Source: a virus (taxonomy: Duplodnaviria > Caudoviricetes). Taken from it: DNA of 64,000 nucleotides. The notes below the pieces were generated by a model that made no database searches, was not told the DNA's origin, and was given only the letters and a program-made list of their open reading frames with translations. The position numbers and the translations under genes are program-made. The DNA lies in IMG/VR virus record IMGVR_UViG_3300013121_000013, positions 1 to 64,000 of that record; one strand, given 5' to 3'. The number at the start of each line of letters is the position of its first letter. Position 1 is the first letter of the stretch. Shown piece after piece: positions 35,218 to 45,671 of this stretch.

Positions 35218-36346
35218 TCATATAAATGGACTCATAAAGCAAGGTGCATCTTTGTATAAAAATGTACTGAGTCCTTTAAATGAAAAACTAGCCTATAGAG
35301 ATTTAAAAGATCCTCTTGGTCCTTACGAAGCGGATAGATCGGCGGCTGTTTCTGGTTTAGACAACCAGGTTGCAGTTGACGAATACATTCGTGAAAAGCA
35401 CCCAGTTCAATATTGGCTAAATCCTCTGGTAAACGGGCCAATATCTGAAATTATGCATAGACTTTCTAGACGTCATAATGCGTCAATGGGAAGAAGTATG
35501 GGTATGGAAGTTGGTAGGGGTGCAGCTGGGCTTATAGGCGGCATAAATGTTCCGTTAGCCCCTGGGTTAGGAGTACATGCCGGCACTGATATATTTGATA
35601 TAGGAGCGACCATTGCTGGCGGTGCGGGGTCTAAAACAAGGGCCAGAGATACCTTCAATACCAAGCTTAAACCAAGATTAGATATGACAAAAAAAAGAGA
35701 CGAGGAAGATGAAGCTGAAAAAACTTCATCTGATAAAGACTCAGATATCGGGGCTTATACTGCAACTCAGTTAGGGCAATTTAGAGAATCTGATGCGGCT
35801 GTAGCAGCAAATGAGTTTAACAGGAGTAATAGACCCTTCCATTATTGGTTAAACCCTTATGTACAAGGTCCACTCGGAGAGTTTAAGAATAGATATTTAA
35901 GAAGACTTGCAGCTGCAAGGGGCACATCCACTCCAGCTGCTGTAGCTTCGAGTATTCCGTTGTTGAACTTAATCGGGGCTCCTGCAGCAGCTTTATTGTC
36001 TGGAGGACTTAAAAATAAAAATAAGATGCGAAGAATGAGTTCTCCAGATATAGAAGATAGAAAGAAAAAAGAAGTAGAAAAAGATGTCGATGTTATGACC
36101 TATGGCAGTAACCAAAATTATGCCAGACAAAGAACTAAAGAATCTATGCACGTTCCTAGATACCTAGCTTTCAGCTATAGACTAGGGAAGTCAGCTGCGG
36201 AGGTAGGCATGCCGCAAGTTTCTCCTAGCGGCTCTACTTCTTCAAAGTTACCAATTTCGAAAGTAGGTAGGCCTAGAGGGTTAATGTCCATAAAAGCTCC
36301 TCTAGCTGGAGGTTCACAAGCTGGAAATAATTTTTTTTTTAACTGA
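35162..36346 (+). CDS. Hypothetical protein with two internal repeats
   Basis: YWLNPLVNGP...RR and YWLNPYVQGP...RR; AAGGAG RBS. Confidence 0.7.
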   Translation: MKNLSRSLIKTASIRAKSDHINGLIKQGASLYKNVLSPLNEKLAYRDLKDPLGPYEADRSAAVSGLDNQVAVDEYIREKHPVQYWLNPLVNGPISEIMHRLSRRHNASMGRSMGMEVGRGAAGLIGGINVPLAPGLGVHAGTDIFDIGATIAGGAGSKTRARDTFNTKLKPRLDMTKKRDEEDEAEKTSSDKDSDIGAYTATQLGQFRESDAAVAANEFNRSNRPFHYWLNPYVQGPLGEFKNRYLRRLAAARGTSTPAAVASSIPLLNLIGAPAAALLSGGLKNKNKMRRMSSPDIEDRKKKEVEKDVDVMTYGSNQNYARQRTKESMHVPRYLAFSYRLGKSAAEVGMPQVSPSGSTSSKLPISKVGRPRGLMSIKAPLAGGSQAGNNFFFN

Positions 36347-36383
36347 CAACGATCCGTCTGTCAGTGTAAAGAAGGCTGGCATC

Positions 36384-36773
36384 TTGTATAAAAAGATGGA
36401 TCCAACAGAGCCTATATTAACAAGGCTTAAAAAAAGAAACGATAAGACCGGAGAAACCGAAATAGGTAATTTTTGGGCTGGCGTAGAGCAGTATCAAAAA
36501 CCTAGATTTTTAACTAGACTATTTACTGACGACGAGAACAAGCAATACAACACGGCCACTAACCATTCATTTGCTGTGGACCTGGATGAATATAAAAATA
36601 GACCAGAGTCTTTAAAGAAAGAGGTCGATGCAAGATCTGCACTGTGGTTGGCAGCACTAGTTGAAAACTATCCTAAGCAGTATAGATTTGAAGGTGAAGA
36701 TCTATATACAGTGCCAGAAGAAGTTGCTTTAAAAGGTCCAAAAAGTAACACCAACTTAGAGTATAAAGTTTGA
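36384..36773 (+). CDS. Hypothetical protein
   Basis: 129 aa ORF; start uncertain. Confidence 0.6.
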   Translation: MYKKMDPTEPILTRLKKRNDKTGETEIGNFWAGVEQYQKPRFLTRLFTDDENKQYNTATNHSFAVDLDEYKNRPESLKKEVDARSALWLAALVENYPKQYRFEGEDLYTVPEEVALKGPKSNTNLEYKV

Positions 36774-36787
36774 TAGACGTCTAGCAA
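36770..36787. promoter_or_regulatory. Palindromic motif copy 4 (TTGATAGACGTCTAGCAA)
   Basis: Overlaps the upstream TGA stop and precedes an AAGGA RBS. Confidence 0.6.
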
Positions 36788-36801
36788 AAAGGAAATGTTT
36801 T

Positions 36802-37542
36802 ATGCCAATGTATAACCCCGAGTTAATGAGACTTGCGCAGAAAAAGGCTTCTGCTCGAAAGAAGCAAGCATTTGTACCAGGCGATCCGGCTGCAGCAGCA
36901 GGTGGAGGAGGTGGAATGCCTATGGATCCTGCAATGATGGGTGGCGCTCCTCCTATGGATCCTGCAATGATGGGTGGCGCTCCTCCTATGGATCCTGCAA
37001 TGATGGGTGGCGGGGGAATGCCGCCAGCTGCACCACCACCTCCTCCTCCAGCACCTCCTGCACCTCAGCCAGCTACAGCTGAATCAGGAGGAAAACCTCC
37101 TAAGCCTGATATCAATACAGTTGCTAACGACATTTGGCAAGTTAAAAAGATGGTTGAAGGCATCTATCATAGAAATGAATGGCCATTACCTCAAGGCTTG
37201 ATAGACGGCCCTAATAGAGACCCAGCGACAGGCGCTGCTGTGCCGCCTGGAACACCTGGATCTACAAGCGACATGTCGGCACCTACTCAGAATCCTGCAG
37301 GCGGGGGCGGCGGCGCTATACCAGCCATAGAGCCGATGGAAGCCGCCAGTTTTGGAGGAGGCGGAGAAAAGAGTGGAAGCTTTAAGCGGACAGAAGTTGT
37401 AGGTGAGCCTTATGCAGATTCGTCTAGAACTGGCCGACATAGAAACAATATAACTACAATGTCTAAAGCAGCTGCCGTGGCCAGATTGGTTCAGGGTCTG
37501 GCTATGAAACGGGAGAAAGAACGTGCGTCTAGAAGCTCATAA
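36802..37542 (+). CDS. Pro/Gly/Met-rich low-complexity protein
   Basis: 246 aa; PMDPAMMGG repeats. Confidence 0.7.
   Translation: MPMYNPELMRLAQKKASARKKQAFVPGDPAAAAGGGGGMPMDPAMMGGAPPMDPAMMGGAPPMDPAMMGGGGMPPAAPPPPPPAPPAPQPATAESGGKPPKPDINTVANDIWQVKKMVEGIYHRNEWPLPQGLIDGPNRDPATGAAVPPGTPGSTSDMSAPTQNPAGGGGGAIPAIEPMEAASFGGGGEKSGSFKRTEVVGEPYADSSRTGRHRNNITTMSKAAAVARLVQGLAMKREKERASRSS
36919..37012 (+). repeat. 33-bp in-frame tandem repeat, 2.8 copies
   Basis: Exact copies of CCTATGGATCCTGCAATGATGGGTGGCGCTCCT. Confidence 0.95.
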
Positions 37543-37786
37543 TGCTTTTGGAGATGTCATCAACTCAGAAGTGACTAGGGTTGTTGTATATGATGACTAT
37601 GACAACCCTATTTCTGTAACATTTAAATACAACGACGGCAATATCTTTACAGCTAATGTCACCGACCCTGATTTTCAAAGAATTCTTTCTTTTTTAGGTA
37701 TTAAAAAAATTGTAAAGGTATCAACTTTAAAGTCTACGAGTATAAAAGATGCTATCGACAACAGCAGGACAATTCTTAATCAATGA
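37523..37786 (+). CDS. Hypothetical protein
   Basis: GGGAG RBS, GTG start. Confidence 0.55.
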   Translation: MRLEAHNAFGDVINSEVTRVVVYDDYDNPISVTFKYNDGNIFTANVTDPDFQRILSFLGIKKIVKVSTLKSTSIKDAIDNSRTILNQ

Positions 37787-39638
37787 ATCGCTTCCACCAG
37801 ATCTCAGAGACTACAATAGAGTTCTGGATATGAAAGGCATTAAAAAATTATTTCAAGATATAGCTGAAAAGCATCCTGATAACTATAAGGATATAACAAA
37901 GAAGTTATTTGATATAGCCAGAACTAGTGCTTACGAGACTGGAGGCTATTCTTTTGCTTTAGAGCATTTAACTAAAGCTAAGTCGGCTAAGGCAATAACT
38001 GAGAAGATAAGACAAAAAGTTAATGCTATAAATATGGACAATACGTTGTCCAAAGACGAAAAAGAAAAGAAAATTCTAGAGACTGTCTTAGGCGAAGATG
38101 AAAATTTAACTAATGCTGTCTATAAAGAAAGTCTAGAAGAAAACAATCCTATAGCATTGCAAGTTAAATCTGGTGCTAGGGGTAAGCCTATGAACTTGAG
38201 AAGTCTACGTGGAGCAGACTTAACGTATGTTGATCACAGAGATAGACCGATTCCTATACCTATTTTAAGGAGCTATAGCGAAGGTTTGTCTCCAGCTGAA
38301 TACTTCGCTGCAGCTTTCGGAGCTAGAAAGGGCATTATCGATGTTAAGTTTGCAACTCAAGATGCTGGGTATTTTTCAAAACAGCTAAATCAAGCTACAC
38401 ATAGACTAATGGTGTCTGCTACAGATTCAGAAACTGAACCCACTAACATTAGGGGACTTCCAGTAGATACAAATGATTCGGATAACGAAGGAGCACTATT
38501 GGCTTACCCTGTTGGCGGGTATCCAAGAAATACAGTACTAACTCCTAAAATATTAAATGATCTACAAAATAAGGGCATAGACAAGCTCTTAGTAAGGAGC
38601 CCTCTAGTAGGCGGACCTGAAGATGGTGGAGTGTATGCTAGAGATGTAGGGGTCAGAGAAAGAGGAACTCTCGCGCCTATCGGAGATATGGTAGGAATTA
38701 CAGCCTCGCAGGCATTAAGCGAGCCTCTAAGTCAAAGCCAACTTTCATCAAAGCACAGTGGAGGCGTTGCCGGAGCAGCTAAGGGTGTCAGCGGATTCAA
38801 GCTGATGGATCAATTAGTTCAGGTTCCAAAAACATTTCCAGGCGGTGCTACTCACGCACAGATTGACGGTAGGGTAGAACAGATAGTCGAAGCTCCTGCT
38901 GGAGGTCATTATGTAACTATATCAGGAGAGCGACATTACGTCCCTTCTGGTCTAGATCTTAAGGTTAAAAAAGGTGATCCGATAGAAGCTGGCGATGTCC
39001 TGTCTGCCGGTATTCCCAATCCTTCAGAAATTGTAAAACATAAAGGAATTGGTGAAGGTAGACGTTATTATGCAAATTTATTCAAGTCCTCTTTAACGGA
39101 ATCAGGAATACCAGCAAATAGAAGGAATGTTGAACTTCTAGCTAGGGGCTTGATAAACCATGTCAGAATCACAGAAGAAATGGGCGAATACGTACCAGGT
39201 GATGTATTGCCATATAACGTCTTAGAGAGTCGCTATCAGCCACGTGAAGGGCATAAGGTAATGGACCCAAAACAAGCTGTTGGCCACTACCTTGAAGAGC
39301 CTGTACTTCACTACAGTATAGGCACAAAGATTAGACCAACGATGATACCTGATTTACAGAGATACGGTGTAAGTAATGTCAAGGTGCATCCCGATCCAGC
39401 GTATTTTGAACCTGAAATGGTCAGAGGAATGCAGAACGTGACACAAGACCCAGATTGGATGACGAAGATGCTTGGTTCTAACCAGCAACGAAGTCTGTTA
39501 TCAAGTGTCCATAGAGGTAATAGAAGTGACGAACAAAGCACTAGCTTTGTCCCAGCTTTAGCCAAGGCCGAGGGCTTTGGTATAACAAGTAAAGTAAAAG
39601 ATTGGCATAAGACGCCAAAGGAGTTGTTCAGTGACTAG
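37749..39638 (+). CDS. RNA polymerase beta' subunit, C-terminal part
   Basis: SGARG; EGLSPAEYF..GARKG..D.K.AT.DAGY (bridge helix); GITASQALSEP..Q..L..KHSGG (trigger loop). Confidence 0.92.
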   Translation: MLSTTAGQFLINESLPPDLRDYNRVLDMKGIKKLFQDIAEKHPDNYKDITKKLFDIARTSAYETGGYSFALEHLTKAKSAKAITEKIRQKVNAINMDNTLSKDEKEKKILETVLGEDENLTNAVYKESLEENNPIALQVKSGARGKPMNLRSLRGADLTYVDHRDRPIPIPILRSYSEGLSPAEYFAAAFGARKGIIDVKFATQDAGYFSKQLNQATHRLMVSATDSETEPTNIRGLPVDTNDSDNEGALLAYPVGGYPRNTVLTPKILNDLQNKGIDKLLVRSPLVGGPEDGGVYARDVGVRERGTLAPIGDMVGITASQALSEPLSQSQLSSKHSGGVAGAAKGVSGFKLMDQLVQVPKTFPGGATHAQIDGRVEQIVEAPAGGHYVTISGERHYVPSGLDLKVKKGDPIEAGDVLSAGIPNPSEIVKHKGIGEGRRYYANLFKSSLTESGIPANRRNVELLARGLINHVRITEEMGEYVPGDVLPYNVLESRYQPREGHKVMDPKQAVGHYLEEPVLHYSIGTKIRPTMIPDLQRYGVSNVKVHPDPAYFEPEMVRGMQNVTQDPDWMTKMLGSNQQRSLLSSVHRGNRSDEQSTSFVPALAKAEGFGITSKVKDWHKTPKELFSD

Positions 39639-40191
39639 AAATAGTAGAATGCTTAAAGCCGCGTTCTTAGGCTCTGGCGGCGGCCAGGGAGCTAGTGCTG
39701 GCGGCTTCTCTTCTGGTAATTTATTTAATAGAAGTGCTGGACAGACAGCAACTAATGTTAGACCTGCTTCAACTCCTTACGACAGAAGTACGGGAGTTAA
39801 TCTTGGGGCTAGAGCTGGAAATACTGGAACCAATACAGGCGCTAATAAACCACCAACCACTACAGCAAATGGCTCGCCAACTACAACAACGTCTGGGCAA
39901 TCTATTGGAGATATGACCTCCGGTATAGGCAATTTCTTAAAAGGAATGGTATTGCCGAGAAGTGGAAGTGGACAAGATATGGGGCAGTGGTTAGGAGGGC
40001 CTATGGGTAAGATGATAATGCCAATGTTAGGTGCCACTGGCCCTATGGCCCTTCCAGCTATTATGTGGATGCAGCAAATGATGAATGGCAATATGAAAGA
40101 TTGGAATACTATTACTGCTGGACCTGGAAAAGAAGTAAGATCTTCGTTATCTAAAGATATCAAATGCATTATGGGCATAAGAGAGAGCTAA
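39631..40191 (+). CDS. Gly/Thr/Met-rich hypothetical protein
   Basis: 186 aa ORF. Confidence 0.55.
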   Translation: MTRNSRMLKAAFLGSGGGQGASAGGFSSGNLFNRSAGQTATNVRPASTPYDRSTGVNLGARAGNTGTNTGANKPPTTTANGSPTTTTSGQSIGDMTSGIGNFLKGMVLPRSGSGQDMGQWLGGPMGKMIMPMLGATGPMALPAIMWMQQMMNGNMKDWNTITAGPGKEVRSSLSKDIKCIMGIRES

Positions 40192-40265
40192 ACAATTATT
40201 GCAGAGATATTTAAATACTTGTTATTCTAGGTTAGTAAGCTTTAACAACGGCAAGGAGACTGAAC

Positions 40266-42647
40266 GTGCCTATTACATCAAATCAAAAAAGAGCGAACAT
40301 GGGCGGCGGACAAGATACGCCGTTTGAACAAGCATTTGCTAATCTAGCGCATACGCATTTGAAAGATAAAGCACCTTCGTTGCTAGATTACGAGGTCGGC
40401 TTTCAACTTGTGGATAGAAACGAAGACAACACAAAAGCTGTAGGTATTTTTGGATTTAAAGTTGGTAATCAGTGGCTGTATGCTCCTGTGTTCTTTTTAA
40501 ATGGTGAGCTTAAAGGCCACGAACTTCTCTACATTAAAAATCAAGATAGCTTCGTTCCTTTGAAGGAAAATTGGCTTAGTTATTTATTAAATAGGAAGCC
40601 GAGTGTCTTAGGAGAAGAGACAGATAAAAATCTATCTCACATTGGAATTATTCCTCCTCACCTATACCAGCTGTCTAGATCGCCGCATAAATTCGCTTCG
40701 GCCATACCTAGAATGTCTGATTGGGCACAGCAAGTGATGCCGGATATTGCAACATTTGCAACAGAGAATCCTCTTACTTCTGAAAAGTATAAAGACATTA
40801 GAACTGCTACTCAGTTTATAAAAGATGCTGGGGCCAATGTAGCCATTACCTTTATCAGAGCTATACAGGAGAATCCGCAGCTTGAGAAAGTGTGCTATGA
40901 TGTGTATGGCAAGGACGAGGTAATTGCTGCTGTAAAGGAAGCTAGAGATTCTTTAAAGAAATCAGCTTCAGTTTTAAATGTTAAAAAAGCTGCTGTTCAA
41001 CCTAGGACTATTAGACAAGTCTTAAATGTTGACCCTCTTTATAAGATGGCTCAAGTACAGAAAAAGATACGAATATTAAAACTGTCGGAAGATAAAAAAG
41101 CTCCTGATGGTCTAGACCAGGGCTTGTCTGGGCTAGACGACAAAGAAAAAGAACAGATTGTGAGATCTGGAGTCGTCATAAAAGATACTAGAGGGCCAGA
41201 AGAAACTACTCTTGCGTATAGAACAGAAGGCCCTGAAAAACTTACGAATCCGTTTGCGAGTGGTATATACGATGTTCTAACTTCTCCAGGGAAGTTCGAA
41301 CGTTGCTATATAGTATTTGGCCCATATAGTTCTAGAAGAAGAAATAGTTTCTGCACGTTGTTCAGACTTGAGGGTTCCAAGTCTGTACTTAATACACATC
41401 CGTCTAACATATGGGTATCCAATAAAGTTGAAGATAAAGAGTTCGATTCTTGGTGGGACAGCTTAGAAGATGTTAAGAGTTTGTCCAAATCTTCGGCTGA
41501 ATATGTTCTTATAACTAAAACTGGAGAAGGTACAGTACCTTTTCGAGTTGAATCTGAGGTAGCAGATGAAAATGGCTACAAGACATATAATGTATGCTTT
41601 GATGACTATGCTAGAAAGTGTAGAGCAGGATATCTGCCCAAAATAGGCCCTGACTCTGATAGAAGATTTGGATTTGAAGGCTCTGGATACGACGATGAAT
41701 ATAGTTCTGACTATCCTAGAATAACTTTAACCGAAAGGCATGGTGGAAGAATTCGTCTAATGAAGGGCGAGCTATTTGTTCCAAATGGAACTAAGATTGT
41801 TAAAGTAACTGATGAAGAGTCGGATAAATCTGAAAAGGATGAGCCTTTAACATTGTCTAGCCTTATTGATATCCAAATGAAGATAATCAATAAGTCGCCT
41901 AAGCTAATGATACAGAAGATGGGAAGTGGCTTTATTCTTAACGGAAAGCCTCAAAAAGATAAGATAGATTCAATCATATATCTTATTAGACAGCACGGGT
42001 TAGGAGAAAAGCAAGCTTCGCTTCTTCTTGATGAAGCTTATGAAAATGGAAAAGCTTCTTATGTCTTAAAATATGCTGCGCCATGGGATTTGTTAAATCA
42101 AGGACCAACAGCTCCAAGCGACCCAGGTCCGTTTATGGGATATGATCCTATGACCAGCGGAGGAGTTCCAACTCAATTCTCGTCTGAGTATATGCAAAAT
42201 ATACCAGAAATGTCTGCTGCAAACACGGATAGGTCTATCTACGCACCAATGGGACCTGAACCTAAATATCAAGGTCCATCTAAGCCAGATCAATCAACGC
42301 TTCAAGCGGCTATGCAAGCTAGCCAGACAGGGCAAAAGGAAGTCTTTGATACAGCTATGCTTGGCTCGCTTTTAAAAGCTACTAAAGATGAAAATCTTGT
42401 AGATAGGTATTTAGGCGATCTGATGAAGGGCATAGACCGTCTTGGACGAATACTCTTCATGTTCTACTGGCACCAGGAAGAGTTTGAGGGCAGATATGGA
42501 AAAGACGATCTTGTTGAATTAGAAGACGGGCTAAGAAATGCGTTTGAGTCACTTGGAGATATTACCTTGTTCTTGAAGCAGAAGACTATAGATCCAGGCC
42601 AAGACAACGCTTACGGACCAGATATAGAAGATATTTCTTCAATATAA
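40266..42647 (+). CDS. Large hypothetical protein, probably a virion protein
   Basis: 793 aa; AAGGAG RBS; upstream of the head module. Confidence 0.75.
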   Translation: MPITSNQKRANMGGGQDTPFEQAFANLAHTHLKDKAPSLLDYEVGFQLVDRNEDNTKAVGIFGFKVGNQWLYAPVFFLNGELKGHELLYIKNQDSFVPLKENWLSYLLNRKPSVLGEETDKNLSHIGIIPPHLYQLSRSPHKFASAIPRMSDWAQQVMPDIATFATENPLTSEKYKDIRTATQFIKDAGANVAITFIRAIQENPQLEKVCYDVYGKDEVIAAVKEARDSLKKSASVLNVKKAAVQPRTIRQVLNVDPLYKMAQVQKKIRILKLSEDKKAPDGLDQGLSGLDDKEKEQIVRSGVVIKDTRGPEETTLAYRTEGPEKLTNPFASGIYDVLTSPGKFERCYIVFGPYSSRRRNSFCTLFRLEGSKSVLNTHPSNIWVSNKVEDKEFDSWWDSLEDVKSLSKSSAEYVLITKTGEGTVPFRVESEVADENGYKTYNVCFDDYARKCRAGYLPKIGPDSDRRFGFEGSGYDDEYSSDYPRITLTERHGGRIRLMKGELFVPNGTKIVKVTDEESDKSEKDEPLTLSSLIDIQMKIINKSPKLMIQKMGSGFILNGKPQKDKIDSIIYLIRQHGLGEKQASLLLDEAYENGKASYVLKYAAPWDLLNQGPTAPSDPGPFMGYDPMTSGGVPTQFSSEYMQNIPEMSAANTDRSIYAPMGPEPKYQGPSKPDQSTLQAAMQASQTGQKEVFDTAMLGSLLKATKDENLVDRYLGDLMKGIDRLGRILFMFYWHQEEFEGRYGKDDLVELEDGLRNAFESLGDITLFLKQKTIDPGQDNAYGPDIEDISSI

Positions 42648-42660
42648 AGGACTTTAAAGA

Positions 42661-43119
42661 ATGAAGGTTTATAATCAAAGTTATTCAACACTGGCTAAAG
42701 CTGCCGCATCAGCTGCGTTTAATAATATTGTTATAGCTGCGGGGCAAAGCTATTTTTTGCAGGTACCCTTCCCGTATGAAGGTGTTCTGGAAAAGATTAG
42801 ATGCAAGCAAGCGTCAGGCCCATCTGTAGCGTTTACAGTAGATGTGTATGAGTCTGATCTTGGAATTACAAATTTCGGGTCTGCAGTTCATTCGATTCCA
42901 GCATGGGCTCCTTTGTTTGAAGTCGTCAATCAAATGAGTGCCACAGCGGGAAATGTTATTAGGGAGTTGACTAGCGGTATAGACGCTACATTTAGAAATG
43001 TAGATGGAACACAGACAGTTCCACAGAGATTTCTTTATGTTCATATAGCACCCACTGGGGCAGCGGACGTTACTGAATGGATGCTGTCCTTAGAGGCTAG
43101 AACACACGTCGGTGGCTAA
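42661..43119 (+). CDS. Beta-rich hypothetical structural protein
   Basis: 152 aa; composition only. Confidence 0.6.
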   Translation: MKVYNQSYSTLAKAAASAAFNNIVIAAGQSYFLQVPFPYEGVLEKIRCKQASGPSVAFTVDVYESDLGITNFGSAVHSIPAWAPLFEVVNQMSATAGNVIRELTSGIDATFRNVDGTQTVPQRFLYVHIAPTGAADVTEWMLSLEARTHVGG

Positions 43120-43139
43120 GTCGAATTGGAGAAGACCTT

Positions 43140-44195
43140 ATGTCCATTAATTCGAGTATCACAAGGCTTAGGGTGGATTCTCCATATCGTCCAGCAGACT
43201 GGAGATGGCAAAAAGCCTGCTATTTAAAGAATAAAAAATCTTTAGCGTCTAAAAGAAAAGACGATAAATGGATAGCCGAAGCGTTGCGATTTAAGATAGC
43301 ACTGGACGCATGTAAAACACAAAAGGACTTAGAGGAACTAACTCGAACCTGGTATTACATGTATTTGGCATATGAAATATATGACGAAAGCGATGAGGGC
43401 GATATCCCTAAAGGACGACCTCATCCAACCAGATATGAAATAGAGGCAAGGATATTAGCAGAAGAATCGTTTGCTTCTATTGGTTGGAAGACTCACGTTG
43501 CTGAAGGCGCTATTGAAATATATGAAAAACTATTTTTCAATGTATTAGATAGAATAGACAGTGAAAGCTATATCTGTAATCAGATCATAGGAAGCGAAGC
43601 CCTTCAAAAAGGTCTTGGTGATAGAGATTATGACAAAATTTGGAAGCTGTACGGATATCACCATGGCGAAGGTGCTGTCGATGAGCTTGTTACAACTTTT
43701 CCTCAAAAGAGAAAAAAACTAGCTCGCGGTGAAATGGAGTCAGTCTGGGAAGAGGACAAACGAGCTACCATGAACCGTAAAGCAGCACTAGCTGCTAGAA
43801 GTATGGCCGTTAATAATTTTACTAATCTCCCTATTTTCGACGCACAAACTAAAGCTACAGAAGTTGCAAATAAATCTTTGTCTGGAGTTGGCGGCGGTGG
43901 GGCCTTAAGTGAAGACTGGCTAAAGTTAATCGGCAACATACTTTTAAATTTACCATGGGTTTCAGGAAAAAAATTAGAAGACGCACATATAGTAGCGCCT
44001 TTTGTAGATCAAGGTTATGATAAAGATAGAGGTTATCCTGTAGAGCCTAGAGCCGATCAAATTTTAATGCTAGCATATAAAAATGGAAGACTACCTAAAC
44101 TTGCTAAAGCTGAATTTCCAGACCAGCCAGCAGACTTAGTAGACGAGTCACAAAACGAGGAGACCGACAATGGAGAAGTTGAGCAAGGAAGCTGA
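43140..44195 (+). CDS. Hypothetical protein
   Basis: 351 aa; GGAG RBS. Confidence 0.75.
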   Translation: MSINSSITRLRVDSPYRPADWRWQKACYLKNKKSLASKRKDDKWIAEALRFKIALDACKTQKDLEELTRTWYYMYLAYEIYDESDEGDIPKGRPHPTRYEIEARILAEESFASIGWKTHVAEGAIEIYEKLFFNVLDRIDSESYICNQIIGSEALQKGLGDRDYDKIWKLYGYHHGEGAVDELVTTFPQKRKKLARGEMESVWEEDKRATMNRKAALAARSMAVNNFTNLPIFDAQTKATEVANKSLSGVGGGGALSEDWLKLIGNILLNLPWVSGKKLEDAHIVAPFVDQGYDKDRGYPVEPRADQILMLAYKNGRLPKLAKAEFPDQPADLVDESQNEETDNGEVEQGS

Positions 44196-45669
44196 GAGTC
44201 TCATAATTGAGTCTGTCTCACGCGTGAATGAATTAGTCAATTCTGGTTTGAATCCAACAGACGCAGCCATTAAAGTTGCTGAAGAGAACAGTTTACAACC
44301 TGACTATATCCAGCTAGTAGCCCAAGCATATAATATCGGAGCTACTAATGAACATCGTCAAAATGAAAAAACGGTCCTTGGAAAAGCAGCTAGTTTTCCT
44401 ATCATAGACCCGAAGAAAGTTGTTAAAGCTAGATATCCAGATGAATTAAAATCTGCAGCACAGCTGTTAAGGCAGGAAGCTGTTGCGGATGATTATTCTC
44501 ATCCGCCTCACTGGGTAAGAGAAAGAAATAGATTAAAGGTGGCATGCATTGATCAGAACTGGGCGCTTACTGAAAAGAAGGCTTCTTATCAGACAGATCC
44601 AGAACTAGAAGTTAAAAAAGAAATAGCCCATCAAGACAGACTTCAAAAGAAGGCAGAAAATGCAAGAACTGAAATGTCTAGATACTATAACCAAGTTATG
44701 GGTATAACAAATTCTTTACGCCTATATTTCAAGCAAGCTTCTAAGCACATTCCATTCAAAACAGTAGAAGCTAATTGCAAGATGAAGTATGGCGATAAAG
44801 TTAACTCTTTATTCGATAGACTTTTAGATAGTAATCCAGAGTTTACTAAGTCAGCTTCAAAGAGTTCTATACTTGGTCCAATGATTGGACGACCATATGA
44901 CTTAGTGAGAGATTGGCTGGATAGTGTTGACAAATTTGCAGAGTCTAAAAATAACTTTTCTAAGCTAGCTGGTGAGTACAACGATTCAAGAGTTATAAAG
45001 CCAGAACTAGCTAAGAGAGCTAGGCCAATGCATGTCCTAGATGGAGTTATTTCACTTTCTGAAAAATCCAGTAGTGAGGTATCAAAAGGCCACCCTTCTG
45101 TTACGGGTAACGTATTAAACCCTACAATAGTTAAAGAGGCTGCCTCTGCTAAGAAGATAGAAGATGGCAAGATATTAAGTAAGAAGGCAGAAAATAATCC
45201 TAAGCCTTGGTTTGGAAATAGTGCTACTTTCCTTAGATCAATTAAGCCGTTATTTAGCTCTACTCCTCAAAGCTTAAGCTCAGTGCAAAAGGCAGATATG
45301 GATCACGCCAAACGACTTGCATACGATCCAAAAGGAATGGCCAATATAGACAATCTTCGAACTCAAGCCATGCTTCACGATATGCTTCTAAACGATGACG
45401 TTATTTCTGGCTATGACCCATCTGAAGTAGCCCTAGCCTATAACGATCTTAGAGGCCTAGTGCCAGAAATTGCTGTCAATCCAGTTACAGCCAGGGCTTT
45501 CTTAAGGAAGCATCTAGCACAAGGCCAGACAGATCCATATGACCTAGATCTAGCGGCTGGCCTAGAGAATAAAGTTAGAAAACGTAACGAGCAGCACCTA
45601 ACAGTAGAGGGTGCTAGAATGGGTATAGCTTCTAAACCGAAAATTCGAAGCGAAAAAGAAGAGGAGTAA
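44170..45669 (+). CDS. Helical hypothetical virion protein, rich in KxA motifs
   Basis: 499 aa; GAGGAG RBS. Confidence 0.75.
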   Translation: MEKLSKEAESLIIESVSRVNELVNSGLNPTDAAIKVAEENSLQPDYIQLVAQAYNIGATNEHRQNEKTVLGKAASFPIIDPKKVVKARYPDELKSAAQLLRQEAVADDYSHPPHWVRERNRLKVACIDQNWALTEKKASYQTDPELEVKKEIAHQDRLQKKAENARTEMSRYYNQVMGITNSLRLYFKQASKHIPFKTVEANCKMKYGDKVNSLFDRLLDSNPEFTKSASKSSILGPMIGRPYDLVRDWLDSVDKFAESKNNFSKLAGEYNDSRVIKPELAKRARPMHVLDGVISLSEKSSSEVSKGHPSVTGNVLNPTIVKEAASAKKIEDGKILSKKAENNPKPWFGNSATFLRSIKPLFSSTPQSLSSVQKADMDHAKRLAYDPKGMANIDNLRTQAMLHDMLLNDDVISGYDPSEVALAYNDLRGLVPEIAVNPVTARAFLRKHLAQGQTDPYDLDLAAGLENKVRKRNEQHLTVEGARMGIASKPKIRSEKEEE

Positions 45670-45671
45670 TA

